DNA of 4,106 nucleotides from a virus (Duplodnaviria; Heunggongvirae; Uroviricota; Caudoviricetes): IMG/VR virus record IMGVR_UViG_2740892211_000015, positions 1 to 4,106 of that record; one strand, 5' to 3'. Shown piece by piece: positions 1 to 4,106 of this stretch (position 1 is its first letter; each line of letters starts with the position of its first letter). The notes under the pieces were generated by a model. It saw only the letters and a program-made list of their open reading frames with translations, ran no database searches and was not told where the DNA came from. The position numbers and the translations under genes were made by a program.

Positions 1-1
1 T

Positions 2-637
2 CCGTCTGCAGATACGTCCGTTCGCACAATCTCCCTGCTGCCGGCAGCCGGAGAGGCTGCTGCGCAGGGCTGGAGCATTAAAGATGGCGGAATTCAGTTG
101 TCAGATGGTGTATTTAAGATCACCAAGCAGAGCAATAAAACCTGGTCCCTGACGCATCCGGTGGATGACGCAATTACCCTGCTGACACAGGGCGGCAGAC
201 TGACCTGTAAGTTCCGCCTCTCAGGCGCACTGACCAACAATCAGTTCGGGCTGGGGATTTATCTGTATACCGATGTAGCGTTACCTGACGTCGTGGCGAT
301 GACCGGGACTGGTAACCCGTTCCTGATGTCGTTCTTCACCCAGACCACAGACGGCAAACTGAATCTGATGCATCACAAGAAAGCCGGAAACACAAAGTTG
401 GGCGAGTTCGGGAATTACAGTAACGACTGGCAGACGCTGGAGCTGGTGTTCACCGCCGGCAGTGCCACGGTTACTCCGAAACTGAATGGAGTGGCTGGCC
501 CGGCATTCCAGGTCATAAAAGACAGTCTGACACTGGGGCTGAATGCGCTGACGCTGACGGATATTACCAAAAATGCAGCGTATGGCGTTGAGATAGAAAG
601 TCTGGTGCTGGAGATAAATGCACCGGCATCATCATAA
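2..637 (+). CDS. 3' portion of a larger late-region protein; its start lies upstream of the window. Possibly the C-terminal domain of a prophage NanS-p-like (sialate O-acetylesterase family) protein; identity uncertain
   Basis: The frame is open from position 2 with no stop before the TAA at 635-637. The TTG at 98 used by the ORF track is probably not the true start. The gene sits immediately upstream of the holin, where lambdoid prophages often carry a large nanS-p/yjhS-like gene; this is inference from position only. Confidence 0.55.
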   Translation, partial: PSADTSVRTISLLPAAGEAAAQGWSIKDGGIQLSDGVFKITKQSNKTWSLTHPVDDAITLLTQGGRLTCKFRLSGALTNNQFGLGIYLYTDVALPDVVAMTGTGNPFLMSFFTQTTDGKLNLMHHKKAGNTKLGEFGNYSNDWQTLELVFTAGSATVTPKLNGVAGPAFQVIKDSLTLGLNALTLTDITKNAAYGVEIESLVLEINAPASS

Positions 638-722
638 AAAGTGAGCCAGCCAAATGGAAGGTATCGTTAAACTCACCGGTAGTGTCAGTGGGTCGTCTGA
701 GATGCCTGCATGAGTTATCAGA

Positions 723-752
723 GCCATCAGTACTTAACTGGTGGCTTTTTTT
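723..752 (+). terminator. Rho-independent terminator between the upstream ORF and the holin gene
   Basis: Stem GCCATCAG (723-730) pairs with CTGGTGGC (738-745) with one G-U wobble, a 7-nt loop, then a T7 tract at 746-752. Seen directly in the sequence. Confidence 0.6.
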
Positions 753-787
753 ATTGTTGTCAGCTTCCGGATAACGGGAGACGGGGT

Positions 788-1003
788 ATGTACCAGATGG
801 AAAAAATCACAACAGGTGTGTCATACACCACGTCAGCGGTGGGAACGGGCTACTGGTTCCTGCAGTTGCTGGACAGGGTTTCCCCGTCTCAGTGGGCGGC
901 AATAGGCGTGCTGGGGAGTCTGCTGTTTGGGCTGCTGACATATCTGACTAACCTGTATTTCAAAATCAGAGAGGACCGTCGTAAGGCGGCGCGGGGAGAG
1001 TAA
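788..1003 (+). CDS. S: Class II holin (pinholin, phage 21 S / EssQ-like) with dual-start motif: 71 aa from ATG 788, 68 aa from ATG 797
   Basis: Two predicted TM segments ([19 protein letters not shown] and [23 protein letters not shown]) and a charged C-terminus [17 protein letters not shown] at 777-780 sits 7 nt before ATG 788. The 71/68-aa lengths match the S21 71/68 pair as I recall it. The ATG at 710 given by the ORF track has no Shine-Dalgarno and overlaps the terminator, so it is probably not used. Confidence 0.85.
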   Translation: MYQMEKITTGVSYTTSAVGTGYWFLQLLDRVSPSQWAAIGVLGSLLFGLLTYLTNLYFKIREDRRKAARGE

Positions 1004-1007
1004 AGCG

Positions 1008-1352
1008 ATGAAGAAAAAATACGAACTGGTTGTTAAAGGGATAAATAATTACCCGAATAAGATTACTGTTACTGTGGCACTGGAAATTGGTGGGTATCCG
1101 TCACTGTTGTTGCCAGATGTGGCGATTAGTCTTGACCGTACTGAAGATGCCACGCTGGAGTTTTACGAAGCTGAGGCGAAAAAGCAGGCGAAGCAGTTTT
1201 TCATGGATGTTGCTGCCGGGTTATGTGAAGGGGATGGTCCGTTGCCGGAAAAGCGCCCCGTAATTTTAGAGGCGCAGGATGTGTTGATAACCTACAGAGG
1301 AAAACTACCGGGAATAATTACTGGTTCTCTGAAGACTCCACCGCTGGCCTGA
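1008..1352 (+). CDS. Small protein encoded between holin and endolysin; probable DUF1327 (YdfR-like) family, function unknown
   Basis: Good Shine-Dalgarno (GGGGAGAG at 993-1000) before ATG 1008, which lies 4 nt after the holin stop. Same position as ydfR between essQ and rrrQ in the E. coli Qin prophage (from memory). No TM segment; acidic and soluble-looking. Confidence 0.6.
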   Translation: MKKKYELVVKGINNYPNKITVTVALEIGGYPSLLLPDVAISLDRTEDATLEFYEAEAKKQAKQFFMDVAAGLCEGDGPLPEKRPVILEAQDVLITYRGKLPGIITGSLKTPPLA

Positions 1353-1402
1353 AGACTTAACATATCCAGGGATTTGAAATCGATAAACCCTGATAAATAT
1401 CC

Positions 1403-1936
1403 ATGAACACCAAAATCAAATACGGCCTGTCGGCTGCCGTTCTGGCGCTGATTGCCGCTGGTGCGTCTGCGCCTGACATTCTCGATCAGTTTCTGGATGA
1501 AAAGGAAGGCAATCACACCACGGCATACCGTGATGGTGCGGGGATCTGGACCATCTGCCGTGGTGCCATTCTGGTGGATGGTAAGCCTGTTATTCCTGGC
1601 ATGAAGCTGTCAAAGGAAAAATGCGACCGGGTTAATGCCATCGAACGTGACAAGGCTCTGGCATGGGTGGAGAAAAACATCCGGGTGCCGCTGACCGAAC
1701 CCCAGAAAGCGGGGATCGCGTCATTCTGTCCGTACAACATTGGCCCCGGTAAGTGCTTCCCGTCGACGTTTTATAAACGAATTAATGCAGGCGATCGAAA
1801 AGGTGCCTGTGAGGCGATTCGCTGGTGGATTAAGGACGGTGGCAGAGACTGCCGTATCCGTTCAAATAATTGCTACGGTCAGGTCTCACGGCGTGACCAG
1901 GAGAGCGCGCTGGCGTGCTGGGACATCGACAGATAG
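1403..1936 (+). CDS. R: SAR endolysin, T4-lysozyme-like (GH24) muramidase, 177 aa (RrrQ/R21-like)
   Basis: N-terminal weakly hydrophobic Gly/Ala-rich signal-anchor-release segment (YGLSAAVLALIAAGASAP). Catalytic E35-x8-D44-x5-T50 motif (EGNHTTAYRDGAGIWT). The 177-aa length matches Qin RrrQ as recalled. Confidence 0.9.
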   Translation: MNTKIKYGLSAAVLALIAAGASAPDILDQFLDEKEGNHTTAYRDGAGIWTICRGAILVDGKPVIPGMKLSKEKCDRVNAIERDKALAWVEKNIRVPLTEPQKAGIASFCPYNIGPGKCFPSTFYKRINAGDRKGACEAIRWWIKDGGRDCRIRSNNCYGQVSRRDQESALACWDIDR

Positions 1937-2029
1937 CAGAATATTTTCCTGAAAAATGACGTTGGCCAACGCGGGTGGATAACACGAAATCCTGAAAACT
2001 GGTAAAACCTAAGTGAATAAAAGTAAAAA

Positions 2030-2065
2030 CCCCGTTTGTTGGCAGCAAGCGGGGTTTTGTGTTTT
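2030..2065. terminator. Bidirectional rho-independent terminator-like hairpin in the R-Rz intergenic gap
   Basis: Stem CCCCGTTTG (2030-2038) pairs with CAAGCGGGG (2046-2054) with one G-U wobble, a 7-nt loop, then TTTTGTGTTTT at 2055-2065. An A-tract at 2025-2029 precedes it, so it could terminate on either strand. Confidence 0.6.
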
Positions 2066-2156
2066 CTGACCTTGAGTAAGGCAAGGGAGAAATTATGGGT
2101 AGGGAGGTACTTTCCCTGTGAGGAAGTATAAAAGATTCTTTCTGAGGTTGTCCATT

Positions 2157-2270
2157 ATGAAAGGCATTGAAGTGGAGACGCCAGCCAGTCTGGATTTAAC
2201 AAGAGCGGCAGCTTTTGCCATTCGTATTGTGGCCATTGCTGTTCTGGTCTGGGCAATCCGTTGGTGGTGA
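2157..2270 (+). CDS. Hypothetical 37-aa single-pass membrane mini-protein (MKGIEVETPASLDLTRAAAFAIRIVAIAVLVWAIRWW) immediately upstream of Rz
   Basis: ATG at 2157 with GAGG at 2144-2147 about 9 nt upstream. Hydrophobic C-terminal half. Stop TGA at 2268-2270 lies 1 nt before the Rz ATG, which suggests translational coupling. Below the ORF-track size cut-off; found by reading the sequence. Confidence 0.3.
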   Translation: MKGIEVETPASLDLTRAAAFAIRIVAIAVLVWAIRWW

Positions 2271-2271
2271 T

Positions 2272-2739
2272 ATGAACCGTGTTCTGTGCGTGGTTATCAT
2301 TGTCCTGCTGGTGGCCTGTGGTGCGCTTAGTCTGGGGCTGAATCATTACCGTGATCACGCCATCATCTACAAAGAGCAGCGCGATAAAAAAGCCAGTGAG
2401 CTGGAGCTGGCGAACGCGACAATTACTGATATGCAGATACGCCAGCGTGATGTCGCTGCACTTGATGCCAGATACTCGAGGGAATTAGCCGATGCGAGAG
2501 CTGAAAATGAAACTCTGCGTGCTGATGTTGCCGCTGGTCGTAAGCGCCTGCGGATCAACGCCACCTGCTCCGGTACCGTGCGTGAAGCCACCGGCACCTC
2601 CGGCGTGGATAATGCAACCGGCCCCCGACTGGCAGACACCGCTGAACGGGATTATTTCATCCTCAGAGAACGGCTGATGGCAATGCAGAAGCAACTGGAA
2701 GGAGCACAGGAATATATCCGTACCCAGTGTATACCGTGA
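2272..2739 (+). CDS. Rz: i-spanin Rz (inner-membrane spanin subunit), 155 aa
   Basis: N-terminal TM anchor (VLCVVIIVLLVACGALSLGL) followed by the NHYRD...YKEQRDK motif and a coiled-coil-like periplasmic domain; strong resemblance to lambda Rz from memory. The true start is ATG 2272 (MNRVL...), not the TTG at 2215 from the ORF track. Confidence 0.9.
   Translation: MNRVLCVVIIVLLVACGALSLGLNHYRDHAIIYKEQRDKKASELELANATITDMQIRQRDVAALDARYSRELADARAENETLRADVAAGRKRLRINATCSGTVREATGTSGVDNATGPRLADTAERDYFILRERLMAMQKQLEGAQEYIRTQCIP
2492..2677 (+). CDS. Rz1: o-spanin Rz1 (outer-membrane lipoprotein spanin subunit), embedded in the +1 frame inside Rz
   Basis: Signal peptide with lipobox LVVSAC, then a proline-rich mature domain (PPAPVPCVKPPAPPAWIMQPAPDWQTPLNGII) that closely resembles lambda Rz1 as recalled. 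Entirely nested within Rz, the classic embedded spanin architecture. Confidence 0.85.
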   Translation: MRELKMKLCVLMLPLVVSACGSTPPAPVPCVKPPAPPAWIMQPAPDWQTPLNGIISSSENG

Positions 2740-2989
2740 TGTTTTGTTATGAAGGTGTTACTGGTAACGTTAAGGTAATTTAACAAAGAGTCAGTTCCGG
2801 ACTTTATAGTGTGCTCAGTTCATGGCCAAAAACGATTTCTGTGATAAATATTTTGAATATTATTTACAGGTAAATGGAGTGGGGCACATGGATAGAAATA
2901 TTACAATAGAGAATGAAGTATATGCCCGTATTGTATGGGCAGAGAAGGCAAAAACACGGTAATTCCGTGTGTTGCCATGATACCTGATT

Positions 2990-3200
2990 GGCAGAATAGT
3001 TGTTTGGTTTTGAGTATATAGTCAGCGTTTTTTGTTCAGTAATTGCTCCCTCAAAAAATAATAAAATAAGGTGATTATTTTTGTTTATTATTTAGTTTTT
3101 TTTGTGTGTTGTTTTATTGTTTTTGCGTGGCTTGTTTTTTATTGTTATTTCATTAAGGGAAGGTAAATTCAGGATGGCAGTCTGTAGATAATCGGAGGTC
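2990..3200 (+). promoter_or_regulatory. AT/T-rich, probably intrinsically curved region upstream of the PerC-like gene; putative moron promoter and possible nucleoid-protein (H-NS-type) binding region
   Basis: Runs of T5-T8 and AT-rich sequence, in strong compositional contrast to the flanking lysis genes. Ends at a GGAGG Shine-Dalgarno (3194-3198) for the ORF at 3205. No confident -35/-10 pair could be fixed by eye. Confidence 0.4.
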
Positions 3201-3204
3201 ACTT

Positions 3205-3519
3205 ATGCTACATGATCACGTGGCAGAATGTCTGGAGAAAAAAGGACTGTACCGGAGAGCAGCTGAACGATGGGCAAAAGTGATGGTACAGCTAAGTGAT
3301 GACCAGAAAAGAAAAGTGGCGGCACAGAAACGAGCAGAGTGTTTGCGTAAGGCGCGCCGGACTCCGGTTTCACCGGTGAACCTGACCGAAATAAAACAAG
3401 CGGTCAACAGACTACATTCTGAGTTGGGAATGGGATTTGAAGAGCGGCGGGTATTCCGACGATATAAAGGGACAGGAGAACAGAATACGTCCGGAAACGC
3501 GCGGTCAAAAAAATGCTAA
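3205..3519 (+). CDS. PerC/Pch-family-like small transcriptional activator (104 aa), moron gene
   Basis: Strong Shine-Dalgarno GGAGG 6 nt before ATG 3205. N-terminal LEKKGLYRRAAERW motif resembles the conserved core of PerC-family regulators as I recall it. Basic C-terminus. Own upstream AT-rich region and downstream terminator. Confidence 0.5.
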   Translation: MLHDHVAECLEKKGLYRRAAERWAKVMVQLSDDQKRKVAAQKRAECLRKARRTPVSPVNLTEIKQAVNRLHSELGMGFEERRVFRRYKGTGEQNTSGNARSKKC

Positions 3520-3555
3520 AAAATATCTGAGAGAGTTATTGCCTGTTACCATAAG

Positions 3556-3585
3556 AAAAAGCGACTTTAGTGGTCGCTTTTTGTG
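3556..3585. terminator. Bidirectional rho-independent terminator shared by the convergent PerC-like (+) and YnfO-like (-) genes
   Basis: Stem AGCGAC (3560-3565) pairs with GTCGCT (3573-3578), 7-nt loop, flanked by A5 (3556-3560) and T5 (3578-3582). Confidence 0.7.
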
Positions 3586-3600
3586 TCATATATAAGTCGT

Positions 3601-3825
3601 TTAAGTAAACCTGTCTGAACAGGTGCTCTGGTCGTGTTTGTCTTTGTTGGGTACAAATTGAGAATATTTTTCATTAATTAATCTTCTTCTGCAGGCTTCA
3701 ATAACCCACGCTGAAAAATTACCTGAACCTTTCAGGTCAAGAGCGATGTTAATTTGTTCAATTATCTGGTTTGGAAATCGGATGTTGCGGGTTGTTGTTC
3801 TGCGGGTTCTGTTCTTTGATGACAT
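3601..3825 (-). CDS. Small prophage protein (74 aa), probable YlcI/YnfO (DUF3950) family member found next to the terminase small-subunit gene in lambdoid prophages
   Basis: ATG at 3825 on the minus strand. N-terminal basic stretch (KNRTRRTTTRNIRFP) followed by NFSAWVIEACRRRL, resembling Qin YnfO / DLP12 YlcI from memory. Located just before cos, as ynfO/ylcI are before nohA/nohD. Confidence 0.5.
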   Translation of the reverse strand: MSSKNRTRRTTTRNIRFPNQIIEQINIALDLKGSGNFSAWVIEACRRRLINEKYSQFVPNKDKHDQSTCSDRFT

Positions 3826-3900
3826 AATGTTGCCCCGTATTCAGTGTTGCTGATTTGTATTATCTGAAGTTGCTTTTACGCTAATTTGATGCAGATCAAT

Positions 3901-4106
3901 TAATACGATACCTGCGTAATAATTGATTATTTCTCGTGGTTTGATGGCGTACACACATGTCGTGATAAACCTCATGTAGATGATAATTATTATCATTTTC
4001 GTGGGTCCTTTCCGGCGATCCGACAGGTTACGGGGCGGCGACCTCGCGGGTTTTCGCTATTTATGAAAATTTTCCGGGATCCATGTCCGGTTTCTCTTCA
4101 AGTTAA
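3901..4106 (+). other. cos: Lambda-type cohesive-end site region: cosQ-like sequence about 4005-4025, cosN 12-nt overhang GGGCGGCGACCT at 4033-4044, and the start of cosB
   Basis: The segment GATCCGACAGGTTACG|GGGCGGCGACCT|CGCGGGTTTTCGCTATTTATGAAAATTTTCCGG matches the lambda right-end/left-end junction as I remember it. Sequence after about 4073 diverges from lambda. The Nu1/terminase small-subunit gene would begin beyond the window. Confidence 0.85.

Noticed and set aside
98-637. The ORF-track start (TTG at 98) for the first ORF
   Set aside because: The frame is open all the way back to position 2 with no upstream stop, and there is no Shine-Dalgarno before 98, so this is the interior of a gene that begins upstream of the window.
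710-787. The ATG at 710 as holin start (97-aa product)
   Set aside because: The extension would add a non-holin-like N-terminus, overlaps the terminator hairpin, and lacks a Shine-Dalgarno. The 71/68-aa dual-start pair at 788/797 with GGAG upstream matches class II holin architecture.
1292-1516. Minus-strand ORF of 74 aa
   Set aside because: Antisense to the DUF1327-like/endolysin junction, Arg-rich and low-complexity, with no Shine-Dalgarno; a typical shadow ORF.
1513-1740. Minus-strand ORF of 75 aa
   Set aside because: Entirely antisense within the well-supported endolysin gene.
1740-1952. Plus-strand ORF of 70 aa in an alternative frame
   Set aside because: Lies inside the endolysin gene in another frame, with an Arg-rich composition typical of an off-frame translation.
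1830-2084. Minus-strand ORF of 84 aa spanning the endolysin 3' end and the terminator hairpin
   Set aside because: Overlaps the endolysin coding sequence antisense and runs through the hairpin; no supporting translation signals.
2215-2271. The TTG at 2215 as Rz start
   Set aside because: The Rz homology begins at MNRVL (ATG 2272), which has an upstream GGTGG Shine-Dalgarno-like element. The upstream extension overlaps the mini-ORF in another frame.
2155-2358. Minus-strand ORF of 67 aa
   Set aside because: Antisense to the Rz start and the mini-ORF; His/Gln-rich with no recognisable features.
2367-2694. Two minus-strand ORFs (90 aa and 69 aa) inside Rz
   Set aside because: Antisense shadows of the GC-rich Rz/Rz1 region; Rz and Rz1 on the + strand are strongly supported.
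2990-3180. T-rich repeats considered as a possible CRISPR array, attachment site or replication origin
   Set aside because: No regularly spaced direct repeats with spacers and no iteron pattern. The low-complexity AT-rich sequence is better explained as a curved promoter or moron boundary.
3216-3407. Minus-strand ORF of 63 aa
   Set aside because: Antisense within the PerC-like gene, which has the strong Shine-Dalgarno and family-like motif.
1-4106. Search for stx toxin genes, tRNA genes or transposase/IS elements
   Set aside because: No ORF with toxin A/B-subunit features, no tRNA-like cloverleaf, and no inverted-repeat-flanked transposase ORF was seen in this window; such elements, if present, would lie upstream of the left edge.

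Overview
This window is the late-region lysis module and right end of a lambdoid (phage 21/Qin-like lysis, lambda-like cos) phage or prophage, read left to right on the + strand. It contains: the 3' end of a large upstream ORF that runs off the left edge (2-637); an intrinsic terminator (723-752); a 71/68-aa dual-start class II holin (788/797-1003); a ~114-aa gene wedged between holin and endolysin (1008-1352, DUF1327/YdfR-like by position and memory); a 177-aa SAR-type GH24 endolysin (1403-1936); a ~335-bp non-canonical gap with a bidirectional terminator hairpin and a 37-aa transmembrane mini-ORF; the i-spanin Rz (2272-2739) with the lipoprotein o-spanin Rz1 embedded in the +1 frame (2492-2677); an AT-rich island followed by a self-contained moron encoding a ~104-aa PerC/Pch-like regulator (3205-3519) with its own terminator; a convergent small gene on the minus strand (3601-3825, YlcI/YnfO-like); and a lambda-type cos site with cosN GGGCGGCGACCT at 4033-4044. 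No tRNA, CRISPR, toxin or transposase genes were seen. All homology statements are from memory of protein families and are not database-verified. The most interesting parts are the three places where the canonical S-R-Rz-cos layout is interrupted: between S and R, between R and Rz, and between Rz and cos.
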